Shown: piece after piece, positions 13,463 to 21,736 of the stretch
How the letters are laid out: each line of letters begins with the position of its first letter
Numbering within the stretch: the first letter of the stretch is position 1
From: Gaiellales bacterium
GTDB taxonomy: Bacteria; Actinomycetota; Thermoleophilia; Gaiellales; F1-60-MAGs149
DNA length: 54,063 bases
Reading direction: 5' to 3'
Assembly (NCBI GenBank): GCA_044369995.1
Contig: JBILWG010000001.1
Coordinates: 1-54,063 of the forward strand
The notes under the pieces: generated by a model
Seen by the model: only the letters and a program-made list of their open reading frames with translations
The model's database searches: none
Told to the model about the DNA's origin: nothing
Translations under genes and position numbers: made by a program

Positions 13463-15557
13463 CGCCGTTGTCGTCATACCGCTCGTCACGACGCGCGGGC
13501 TGAAAGGGCCGCTGACGTACGCAGGCGAGCTGCCAACCGGCGCCGTCGTGGAGATTCCGCTCGGGCGGCGCCAGGAGCAGGGCGTCGTCCTGCGTGCTGC
13601 GACGGCCGAGGACATCCCCGCGGGGATCGCACTCAAGGCGGCGACGGACACGGGTGGTCGCATCCCACCGGAGCTCGTCGACCTGGCGCTCAAGATCAGC
13701 GAGCGCTACGCCACGCCGCCGGCGCGGGCGCTCAAGCTCGTGCTGCCACCGTCGGGGAATGCGCCGCCGCCCGATCCGTGGCTCGCAGCCGTCGACGGGG
13801 CCACGGTGCGCGGTACCCGCCAGACGGCGATCCTCGGCGCCGCCCAGGATGCGCCGGGACCGCTCAGCGACATCGCCGCGCGCTCGGGTGCCGCCCCCGC
13901 AGCCGTGCGGAAGCTCGCGACGGAGGGCAAGCTCGTCGAGATCGATGCGCCGCCGCCGGATCTCGAAGCAGCGCTCGACGCGACGGAGGCGCAGCTCGCC
14001 GCGATCTGCCGCCTGGAGCAGGCGATCGACGGCGACGGGGGCAGCCGCGAGCTGCTGCTCCATGGCGTGACCGGGTCCGGCAAGACCGAGGTGTTCCTCC
14101 GGGCCGCTGCACACGCGCTGCAGCAGGGGCGTGGCGTGATCATCCTCGTCCCGGAGATCTCGCTCGCACCGCAGACCGCCGCCCGCGTGCGGCGTCGCTT
14201 TGGCCGTCTGGTCGAGGTGCTGCACTCCGGGCTCGCCAAGGGCGAACGCGCCCGCGTCTGGCAGCGACTCGAAGCGGGAGAGGCGCGGGTGCTGATCGGA
14301 GCGCGCTCGGCGATCCTCGCACCCATGCGCGAGCTCGGGCTGATCGTCGTCGACGAGGAGCATGAGGTCGCGTACAAGCAGGAGTCGGATCCGCGCTACG
14401 ACGCCCGAACCGTCGCGCTGATGCGGGGCCGCGCTGCGAACGCCGCAGTCGTCTTCGCCTCTGCCACGCCGCGCCCCGAGGCGTGGAAGGCGCTCGAACA
14501 CGTCACGCTGACCGAGCGCGTCGGAGGACGACTGCCGCCCGTGGAGCTCATCGACCTGTCGCGGGATGGGCACTACCCGCTGTCACGCGCGTTGGCCGCC
14601 GCCCTGGGAGAGCTCGAGCGCGACGGCGGACGGGCGATGATCCTGCTCAACCGACGCGGCGCCGCGTTGGCGCTGCATTGCCGCGCCTGCGGCAAGGGCT
14701 TCGGCTGTCCGTCCTGCGACGTATCGCTGGTCTTGCACCAGCGACCACCGCGGCTCGTCTGCCACCACTGCGGCCATACCGAGCCGGCGCCGACCAAATG
14801 TCCGCACTGCGGCGCCGTGGACATCACGCGCATCGGCGCGGGCACCGAGCGGCTCGAGTCCGAGATCGCCGACCGCTTCCCCGGGCTCACCGTCCTGCGG
14901 CTCGACGGTGACGTGGCGGCCAAGGTGGGGGCCCTCGAGGAGGTGCTCGCGACGTTCGGCTCGACCGATCGCGCGGTGCTGGTCGGTACGCAGATCGTCG
15001 CCAAGGGGCACGACTTCCCCGACGTCCGACTGGCGGCCGTGATCGATGCCGATCTCGGGCTCGCGATGCCCGACTTCCGGGCCGAGGAGCGCTCCTTCGC
15101 CCTGCTCGCGCAGCTCGCCGGCCGTGCGGGGCGCGAGGGCTCCGGAGGACGGGTGATGCTGCAGACGTGGGATCCGGGCCAGCGCGTCGTCCGCCTGGCT
15201 GCCCGTCACGCGGTGGAGGAGTTCCTCGACGGCGAGCTGGCGCGCCGCGAGGCACTGCGCTACCCGCCGTTCAGCCGACTCATCCGCGTGCTCGTCGACG
15301 CGCCGCATGCCGGCGCACCGATGGCCTTCCTCGACGGGCTGGCGGCGGCGCTCGAGCAGATGATCCCCGACGACGACGTCCTGGGCCCGGCCGAGCTGAT
15401 TCGGCTCCGCGACCGCTACCGCGCCCACCTGCTCGTGCGCACCCAGCGAGCCGAGCTCGCCGCGCGCGCCATCCATGCGGTCCTCGCGGATCGGCACACC
15501 ACGCTCCGCTCCGCCGACGCGCGTGTCGTCGTCGACGTGGATCCGCAGTCCGTCTAG
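13389..15557 (+). CDS. priA: Primosomal protein N' (replication restart helicase PriA)
   Basis: Walker [16 protein letters not shown] box (VVDEEHE) and a Cys-rich zinc region (CRACG...CPSCD...CHHCG...CPHCG). The start is uncertain: there is no ATG/GTG/TTG between the metK stop and the conserved N-terminal domain. The nearest upstream start is ATG 13389, a 74-nt overlap with metK. Confidence 0.88.
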   Translation: MATSDGINSAGSAPTRSTSSSLRSNAVVVIPLVTTRGLKGPLTYAGELPTGAVVEIPLGRRQEQGVVLRAATAEDIPAGIALKAATDTGGRIPPELVDLALKISERYATPPARALKLVLPPSGNAPPPDPWLAAVDGATVRGTRQTAILGAAQDAPGPLSDIAARSGAAPAAVRKLATEGKLVEIDAPPPDLEAALDATEAQLAAICRLEQAIDGDGGSRELLLHGVTGSGKTEVFLRAAAHALQQGRGVIILVPEISLAPQTAARVRRRFGRLVEVLHSGLAKGERARVWQRLEAGEARVLIGARSAILAPMRELGLIVVDEEHEVAYKQESDPRYDARTVALMRGRAANAAVVFASATPRPEAWKALEHVTLTERVGGRLPPVELIDLSRDGHYPLSRALAAALGELERDGGRAMILLNRRGAALALHCRACGKGFGCPSCDVSLVLHQRPPRLVCHHCGHTEPAPTKCPHCGAVDITRIGAGTERLESEIADRFPGLTVLRLDGDVAAKVGALEEVLATFGSTDRAVLVGTQIVAKGHDFPDVRLAAVIDADLGLAMPDFRAEERSFALLAQLAGRAGREGSGGRVMLQTWDPGQRVVRLAARHAVEEFLDGELARREALRYPPFSRLIRVLVDAPHAGAPMAFLDGLAAALEQMIPDDDVLGPAELIRLRDRYRAHLLVRTQRAELAARAIHAVLADRHTTLRSADARVVVDVDPQSV

Positions 15558-15568
15558 CTGTGCCGAAA

Positions 15569-15593
15569 GGGTCCCACCCCTCTGGCGCATCCG
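15569..15593. repeat. Copy of the dispersed intergenic repeat unit (GGGTCCCACCCCTCTGGCGCATCCG)
   Basis: Matches 17876-17900 at 22/25 positions, and matches the arms of the 26922-27030 inverted repeat apart from an 11-nt indel. Lies 12 nt after the priA stop. Confidence 0.8.
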
Positions 15594-15688
15594 GGTATCA
15601 CGCGCCATTCGTCCGCTGTCCGCGGCTGGACACAACCCGAGAGGCTCCCACCCGTTGTGGCACACTCTCCCCAACGAGGAGGTCCGAC

Positions 15689-16240
15689 GTGGTCGACGAT
15701 CTGGTCAATGAGGCGAAGGAGCGGATGGCGAAGTCCGTCGAGGCGACGCGCAACGAGTTCAACACCGTGCGCACGGGGCGCGCGACGCCGCAGCTGCTCG
15801 AGCGCATCGTCGTCGAGTACTACGGCACGCCCACGCCGCTCACGCAGATGGCGACGGTCAGCGCGCCGGATCCCCGTTCGCTGCTGATCCAGCCGTACGA
15901 CGTCACCGCCCTCGGCGACATCGAGAAGGCGATCAACGAGAGCGACCTCGGCATCAACCCGTCGAACGACGGCAAGGTCATCCGCCTGTCGATCCCGCAG
16001 CTGACGGAGGAGCGCCGCAAGGAGCTCGTGAAGGTCGTCCGCAACCTCGCCGAGGAGGGCCGCATCGCGCTCCGCAACGTGCGCCGTGACGTGATTCAGG
16101 ACCTGCACGCCCTCGAGAGCGAGGTCGGCAAGGACGAGATCCATCGCGCCGAGGAGAAGGTCCAGAAGGTCACGGACGAGCACGTCGGGCAGATCGATGC
16201 CGCACTCAAGCAGCGCGAAGCCGACGTGATGGAGGTCTGA
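15689..16240 (+). CDS. frr: Ribosome recycling factor
   Basis: 183 aa (VRTGRATPQLLERIVVEYYGTPTPLTQMATVS..., LTEERRKELVK...). AGGAGG lies 7-8 nt upstream of the GTG at 15689. The ORF-track upstream extension is Arg-rich junk. Confidence 0.95.
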   Translation: MVDDLVNEAKERMAKSVEATRNEFNTVRTGRATPQLLERIVVEYYGTPTPLTQMATVSAPDPRSLLIQPYDVTALGDIEKAINESDLGINPSNDGKVIRLSIPQLTEERRKELVKVVRNLAEEGRIALRNVRRDVIQDLHALESEVGKDEIHRAEEKVQKVTDEHVGQIDAALKQREADVMEV

Positions 16241-16310
16241 GTCCGGCAGACGCCGGTTCCAGACGGTACGCTATGCCGACAGCAGGCACGCGCCTGTCGT
16301 CAGCGCATCT

Positions 16311-17054
16311 ATGGCACTCCTCGACCGCATCAAGGGCATCCGTCGCGCCGATACGGCCGCGACTGAGCCAGCGACCGCGACTGCGGTCGCCATCATCATG
16401 GACGGCAACGCGCGGTGGGCGAAGCAGCGTGGCCTGCCGACGCTGAGCGGGCATCACGCCGGCGTGCGGGCCCTCCGGCGCACGGTCGAGGCCGCGCCCG
16501 GTCTGGGCATCCGCTCGCTCACCGTCTACGCCTTCTCGACCGAGAACTGGACGCGACCCGAGGATGAGGTCAGCGGGCTGATGGATCTGTTCGCCCGCAC
16601 GATCCAGCGCGAGTTCGTCGACCTGCATCGCCAGGGCGTGCGGATTCGCTTCATCGGCCGCCGTGATCGGCTCTCGGCGCGGCTGCTGCAGCTGATGACC
16701 GAGATGGAGGAGCTGACGCGCGACAACGAGCGGCTCGACCTGTTCGTGGCGTTCGACTACGGCGGGCGCGCCGAGATCGTCGACGCGTGTCGGCGCATCG
16801 TGGAGGATGGGCTGCGCCCCGACGAGATCGACGAGACCGCGATCCGCTCGCGCCTGGCCGCCTCCGAACTGCCGGACCCCGACCTCGTGATCCGCACGTC
16901 GGGCGAGCAGCGCATCTCGAACTTCCTGCTCTGGCACGCCGCCTACGCCGAGTACAGCTTCCCCGACGTGCTCTGGCCCGATTTCGGGGCGGAGCAACTG
17001 CAGCAGGCCGTCGGCGAGTTCGCGACGCGCCGCCGACGTTTCGGCGGTCGATGA
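16311..17054 (+). CDS. uppS: Isoprenyl transferase (undecaprenyl diphosphate synthase family)
   Basis: 247 aa with IIMDGNARWAKQRGL, AFSTENWTRP and RTSGEQRISNFLLW cis-prenyltransferase motifs. Confidence 0.95.
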   Translation: MALLDRIKGIRRADTAATEPATATAVAIIMDGNARWAKQRGLPTLSGHHAGVRALRRTVEAAPGLGIRSLTVYAFSTENWTRPEDEVSGLMDLFARTIQREFVDLHRQGVRIRFIGRRDRLSARLLQLMTEMEELTRDNERLDLFVAFDYGGRAEIVDACRRIVEDGLRPDEIDETAIRSRLAASELPDPDLVIRTSGEQRISNFLLWHAAYAEYSFPDVLWPDFGAEQLQQAVGEFATRRRRFGGR

Positions 17055-17079
17055 GCCGCTCGACGGGACGGCGATAGCG

Positions 17080-17871
17080 GTGGGGAATCTCGCCAGCCGC
17101 GTGCTCGTGGCCGTGATCCTGCTGCCGATTGCGATCGCCGCACTCTGGTTCGGCTCGTGGTGGCTCGTCGCACTCGGTGTCGTGGCGGGGGTTCTCGCCG
17201 CACACGAGCTGTGGACGATCGCGCGCGATCATCGCCCCGTCATGCTCGCCGGCTACGTGGGGGTCGCCGCCGTCGTGCTGGCCGCCCATCTGCGCGGCGT
17301 GGAGGGCATGGTGCTGGTGCTCGGCCCGGTGATGCTGCTCACGTTCATCCTGGCGGCGGCCTCGCCCCGCGAGGGGCACTCATCGCTGACGAGCATGGCG
17401 GTGACGGTCTTCGGCGTGGTCTGGATCGGGGTCGGGCTCGGCGCGGTCGTGATTCTCCGCGATGGCTCCTTCACCCTCGTGCTGGCGGTGCTGCTGGGGA
17501 CCTGGGCCTCCGACATCGGCGCGTACGCGATCGGGCGGATGATCGGCCGGCGCAAGCTGGCGCCGGCGATCTCGCCCGGCAAGTCCGTCGAGGGCTTCGT
17601 CGCCGGCGTGATCGTCGGCACGATCGTGGTGTGGTGGGTGCTCTACGGCCAGGAGCTGATTGGCACGGTGGACGCGCTCGTGCTCGGCCTGATCGTCGCA
17701 CTGACCGGGCCGTTCGGCGATCTCCTGGAGTCGTTCGTCAAGCGCGACCTCGGCGTCAAGGACTCGGGCACCCTCCTGGCCGGCCATGGCGGCGTCCTCG
17801 ATCGCATCGACGCGATGCTGCTGACGGCGCCGATGGCGCTGTTCGGCCTCTGGCTGATCACGTATCTGTAG
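17080..17871 (+). CDS. cdsA: Phosphatidate cytidylyltransferase
   Basis: 263-aa membrane protein with SDIGAYAIGRMIGRRKLAPAISPGKSVEG and the C-terminal GHGGVLDRIDA signature. Confidence 0.92.
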   Translation: MGNLASRVLVAVILLPIAIAALWFGSWWLVALGVVAGVLAAHELWTIARDHRPVMLAGYVGVAAVVLAAHLRGVEGMVLVLGPVMLLTFILAAASPREGHSSLTSMAVTVFGVVWIGVGLGAVVILRDGSFTLVLAVLLGTWASDIGAYAIGRMIGRRKLAPAISPGKSVEGFVAGVIVGTIVVWWVLYGQELIGTVDALVLGLIVALTGPFGDLLESFVKRDLGVKDSGTLLAGHGGVLDRIDAMLLTAPMALFGLWLITYL

Positions 17872-17875
17872 GGCC

Positions 17876-17900
17876 ATGTCCCACCCCTTTGGCGCATCCG
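17876..17900. repeat. Copy of the dispersed intergenic repeat unit (ATGTCCCACCCCTTTGGCGCATCCG)
   Basis: Starts 5 nt after the cdsA stop. It equals the right arm of the 26922-27030 element minus an 11-nt internal segment. A more degenerate second unit follows (GTCCCGTACG...GTGCCATCCGAC). Confidence 0.8.
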
Positions 17901-17995
17901 TCGCGTCCCGTACGTGGTGCCCGTGCCATCCGACGTGACGCCGGGCACACCGAGATGCGAACCCTCGCCACCAACGACTGGCACCATGTGAGGCA

Positions 17996-19144
17996 ATGAA
18001 GCGCATCGCCATCCTCGGCGCTACCGGCTCGATCGGGACGCAGGCACTGGAGGTCGCGGCTGCGCATGATGATCTGCAGGTCGTGGCGCTGGCGGCAGGA
18101 TCCGACGTCGACGGACTCGTGGCGGCCGCGCGTGCGACCGGTGCCGAGGTGCTGGCGCTCGCCGATCCCGCTGCTGCCGAACGCGCCGCCACCGAGCTCG
18201 GCCGTCCCGTCCTGCGCGGTCCGCAGGCGCTCGTCGAGCTGATCGACGCCAGCGGGCCCGACGTGGTCCTCAACGCCGTGGTCGGCGCCGCCGGGCTCGA
18301 GGCGAGCCTCGCCACGCTCGAACGTGGTCTCGATCTCGCACTCGCCAACAAGGAGAGCCTCGTGGCGGGCGGCGCGCTCGTGCTGACGGCTGCGCGCACC
18401 GGTGGCGGTCGCATCCTCCCGGTCGATTCGGAGCACTCGGCCCTGCAGCAATGCCTCGGCGACACGCCGCGCGAGCAGCTCTCGGCGCTCGTGATCACCG
18501 CCTCGGGCGGTCCCTTCCGCGGTCGCACGCGCGCCGATCTCGCCGACATCACGGTGGAGCAGGCGCTCGCCCACCCGACCTGGGCGATGGGGGCGAAGAT
18601 CACCGTGGACTCCGCCACGCTGATGAACAAGGGCCTCGAGGTGATCGAGGCGCACATGCTCTTCGGGCTGCCGTATACGGAGATCGAGGTCGTCGTCCAT
18701 CCCCAGTCGATCGTGCACGGCATGGCGCGCCTGCGCGATGGTGCCCTGATCGCGCATCTCGGTCATCCCGACATGCGGGTGCCGATCTCCTACGCGCTGA
18801 CGTACCCGCAGCGTGCAGCGGTGGACGCGCGACCGCTGACGTGGACCGAGGCCTTCTCACTCGACTTCCAACCGCCGGATCTCGAGACGTTCGGCTGCTT
18901 GCGGCTGGCGATCGAGGCGGGGGAGGCCGGCGGGACTGCGCCGGCGGTGCTCAACGCCGCGAATGAAGTTGCGGTGGCAGCATTTCTGACAGGCACGATC
19001 GGCTTCCTCGACATCGAGGCTCTCGTGGGCGATGCGCTCGACCACGTCGACGTCCGGCCGCTCGACAGCCTGGCCACGGTCGCGGCCGCCGATCGTGCGG
19101 CCCGGGAACGCGTGGCGGCGCGGATCGGGGATGGTCGCGCATGA
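17996..19144 (+). CDS. dxr: 1-deoxy-D-xylulose 5-phosphate reductoisomerase
   Basis: 382 aa with ILGATGSIGTQAL NADPH-binding N-terminus, LANKESLV, DSEHSA and NKGLEVIEA motifs. Confidence 0.96.
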   Translation: MKRIAILGATGSIGTQALEVAAAHDDLQVVALAAGSDVDGLVAAARATGAEVLALADPAAAERAATELGRPVLRGPQALVELIDASGPDVVLNAVVGAAGLEASLATLERGLDLALANKESLVAGGALVLTAARTGGGRILPVDSEHSALQQCLGDTPREQLSALVITASGGPFRGRTRADLADITVEQALAHPTWAMGAKITVDSATLMNKGLEVIEAHMLFGLPYTEIEVVVHPQSIVHGMARLRDGALIAHLGHPDMRVPISYALTYPQRAAVDARPLTWTEAFSLDFQPPDLETFGCLRLAIEAGEAGGTAPAVLNAANEVAVAAFLTGTIGFLDIEALVGDALDHVDVRPLDSLATVAAADRAARERVAARIGDGRA

Positions 19145-20412
19145 GCTGGGTCTACGTGATCCTCGGGCTGCTCGTGCTGATCCTGATCCACGAGCTCGGC
19201 CACTTCAGCGTCGCGCGCCTCGTCGGGGCCAAGGCCACGCGGTTTCTGATCGGCTTTCCACCGGTGGCCGTGTCCTTTCGCCGCGGCGAGACCGAGTACG
19301 GACTGGGACTGATCCCGCTCGGCGGCTACGTGCGGATCGTGGGCATGAACCGACCACTGCCCGAGGACGTCGTCATGTGTCAGGACGCGATCGAGGAGAT
19401 CGAGCTGCGACGACCCGACGGGCAGCGCGATCTCCTCGGCCCGGCCACTGCGCACCTCAAGAGCGCGATCGCCAACGACGCCTCGCCGGCGGAGTGCCAG
19501 ACCGCCGCCGATCGTGCCGTGCTTGCGCTGGATGCGGATCAGCACCTGCTGCACCCGAAGACGTACGCGGAGACCCGCAAGAACCTCGAGCGGCTTCACG
19601 ACGACCTCGACCGGCGCGCCTACTGGCGTCTCCCGGTCTGGAAGCGCATCTCGATCATCCTGGCTGGTCCGGGTGCCAACGTGCTGGCGGCGCTCGTGAT
19701 CCTGACGATCTTCTTCTGGCACGGGGTGCCCATGCAGAAGCCGAGCACCGACGTGGCGAGTGTCTCCGGCACGCCGGCGATGACCGCGGGGCTCCAACCG
19801 GGCGACACGATCACCGCGGTCAACGGGACGCCGGTGAACGGCGATTGGAAGCTCGTGGGCGAGCAGATCCAGGCGGGGAACGGTGCGCCGGTGACGTTGA
19901 CCGTGTCGCGCGATGGGACGACGCAGACCCTGAAGCCGGTCAAGCCCGAGCGCGTCGATGGGCGCTGGCTGATCGGCTTCGGGTTCCAGCAGGTCTCCGA
20001 TGGCGTCCGACGTCAATCGCTGCCGGCGGCGGCCGGCAGCTCCGCCAGTTGGTCCTGGTTCGTGACGAAGGAGTCCCTCTCCGGGCTGTCACGCATCGTC
20101 ACGACGTCCGATGGGCACCAGCAGGTCTCCAGCATCGTGGGCATCACCGCGACGTCAGAGGAGAGTGTCAAGTCCGGCAGCTTCCTCTGGATGATGGGGG
20201 TGATCTCGCTGGCGCTGGCGATCTTCAACCTGCTGCCGTTCCTGCCGCTCGACGGCGGGCACATCATGGTGGCGCTCGCCGAGAAGCTGCGGCGAGGCCG
20301 CCCGCTGTCACGCGTGGTGATCGAGCGCATCAGCATCGTCGGGATCGCGCTGGTGCTGGTGCTGTTCGTGATCGGGCTCAACAACGACATCAGCCGGTTC
20401 ACCGGACCGTAG
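19141..20412 (+). CDS. rseP: M50 site-2 protease (RseP/Rip1-type) with PDZ domain
   Basis: HELGH in TM1, GGYV, AGPGANV, a PDZ-like segment (GLQPGDTITAVNG), and the C-terminal NLLPFLPLDGGH motif. ATGA overlap with dxr. Confidence 0.9.
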   Translation: MSWVYVILGLLVLILIHELGHFSVARLVGAKATRFLIGFPPVAVSFRRGETEYGLGLIPLGGYVRIVGMNRPLPEDVVMCQDAIEEIELRRPDGQRDLLGPATAHLKSAIANDASPAECQTAADRAVLALDADQHLLHPKTYAETRKNLERLHDDLDRRAYWRLPVWKRISIILAGPGANVLAALVILTIFFWHGVPMQKPSTDVASVSGTPAMTAGLQPGDTITAVNGTPVNGDWKLVGEQIQAGNGAPVTLTVSRDGTTQTLKPVKPERVDGRWLIGFGFQQVSDGVRRQSLPAAAGSSASWSWFVTKESLSGLSRIVTTSDGHQQVSSIVGITATSEESVKSGSFLWMMGVISLALAIFNLLPFLPLDGGHIMVALAEKLRRGRPLSRVVIERISIVGIALVLVLFVIGLNNDISRFTGP

Positions 20413-20431
20413 GCAGATAGGATTCAGCCCA

Positions 20432-21547
20432 ATGGCCAGCGAGAAGCAGATCAACGTCGGCGGCGTCCTGATCGGCGGCGGCGCGCCCGTCGCGGTGCAG
20501 TCGATGACGACCACGAAGACGTTCGATGCCGACGCGACGCTCGCGCAGATCGGTCGCCTGCACGAGGCGGGTGTCGACATCGTCCGGGTCGCGGTTCCCG
20601 GCCTGCCCGACGCCGACGTGCTGCCGCGCATCGTCGCGGAGAGCCCGGTGCCGATCATCGCCGACATCCACTTCAACGCCTCGCTCGCCGTTCGGGCCAT
20701 GGATGCCGGCGTCGCCGCCGTGCGCATCAACCCCGGCAATATCGGTGGTGACGACAAGGTGCGCGAGGTCGTCGCCAAGGCGCAGGAGACCAGCACGCCG
20801 CTCCGCATCGGCGCCAACTCGGGCTCGCTGCCCGAGCACCTCAAGTGGACCGCCACGAGCGATCCCATCGGCGCGCTCGTGAAGGCCGCGATGGAAGAGG
20901 TCGAGCTGCTCGAGCAGCTCGGGTTCCACGACTTCAAGATCTCCGTCAAGTCGACGTCGGTGCCGGTGATGATCGGCGCGTACCGCATGCTGGCGGGCCT
21001 CGTGCCGTATCCGCTGCATCTCGGCGTGACCGAGGCCGGCACGCTCGTGACGGGCGCCGTCAAGAGCGCCATCGGCATCGGCACGCTGCTCGAGGAGGGC
21101 ATTGGCGACACGATCCGCGTCTCGCTGTCCGTCGATCCGGTCGAGGAGGTCCGCGTCGCGTACGACATCCTGCGCGCCCTCGGTCTGCGCCACATGGGGC
21201 CGGAGATGATCTCGTGCCCGTCGTGCGGTCGCACGAACGTCGAGGTGCACGTCCTGGCCGAGACCGTCGAGACGCGCCTGCGTGGCTACAAGGAGCACTT
21301 CGAGGTGGCCGTGATGGGCTGCGCCGTGAACGGTCCGGGCGAGGCGGGCGACGCCGACTTCGGCATCGCCGGTGGCCGCGATGCCGGTCACATCTACGCC
21401 CACGGCGAGGTGCTCAAGCGTGTGCCGCAGGACCAGCTCGTCGACGAGCTGTTCGCGGTGGTCGATCAGTGGATCAGTGACGGCATGCCCCGCCCGGAGC
21501 GCGGCCGTCGCAAGCTCTCGCTCCCCGTCGTCGGAGGTCAGTCCTGA
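20432..21547 (+). CDS. ispG: 4-hydroxy-3-methylbut-2-en-1-yl diphosphate synthase
   Basis: 371 aa with PVAVQSMT, RINPGNIG, Fe-S cysteines (CPSCGR ... MGCAVNGPGE) and the dxr-rseP-ispG gene order. Confidence 0.96.
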   Translation: MASEKQINVGGVLIGGGAPVAVQSMTTTKTFDADATLAQIGRLHEAGVDIVRVAVPGLPDADVLPRIVAESPVPIIADIHFNASLAVRAMDAGVAAVRINPGNIGGDDKVREVVAKAQETSTPLRIGANSGSLPEHLKWTATSDPIGALVKAAMEEVELLEQLGFHDFKISVKSTSVPVMIGAYRMLAGLVPYPLHLGVTEAGTLVTGAVKSAIGIGTLLEEGIGDTIRVSLSVDPVEEVRVAYDILRALGLRHMGPEMISCPSCGRTNVEVHVLAETVETRLRGYKEHFEVAVMGCAVNGPGEAGDADFGIAGGRDAGHIYAHGEVLKRVPQDQLVDELFAVVDQWISDGMPRPERGRRKLSLPVVGGQS

Positions 21548-21732
21548 TGCCCGAGCTCGATCAGAAGACCATCATCATGGTCGGCGTGGCCGCCGGGGCA
21601 ACCGCCCTGCTGGCCGCTTCGAAGACCGTGCGCGTGCTGGCGCTGGCCGGCGCCGCCGGCTACGGCGTCTATCGCCTGCGCGGCTCGAAGCACAACCCGT
21701 GGCAGGACGTCGAGCCGCCGCGGGCGCGCTGA
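21547..21732 (+). CDS. Small membrane protein, unknown function
   Basis: 61 aa. The ATG overlaps the ispG stop (TGATG). Very high GC3 and one hydrophobic helix (IIMVGVAAGATALLAA). No recognisable family. Confidence 0.5.
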   Translation: MPELDQKTIIMVGVAAGATALLAASKTVRVLALAGAAGYGVYRLRGSKHNPWQDVEPPRAR

Positions 21733-21736
21733 CGCG

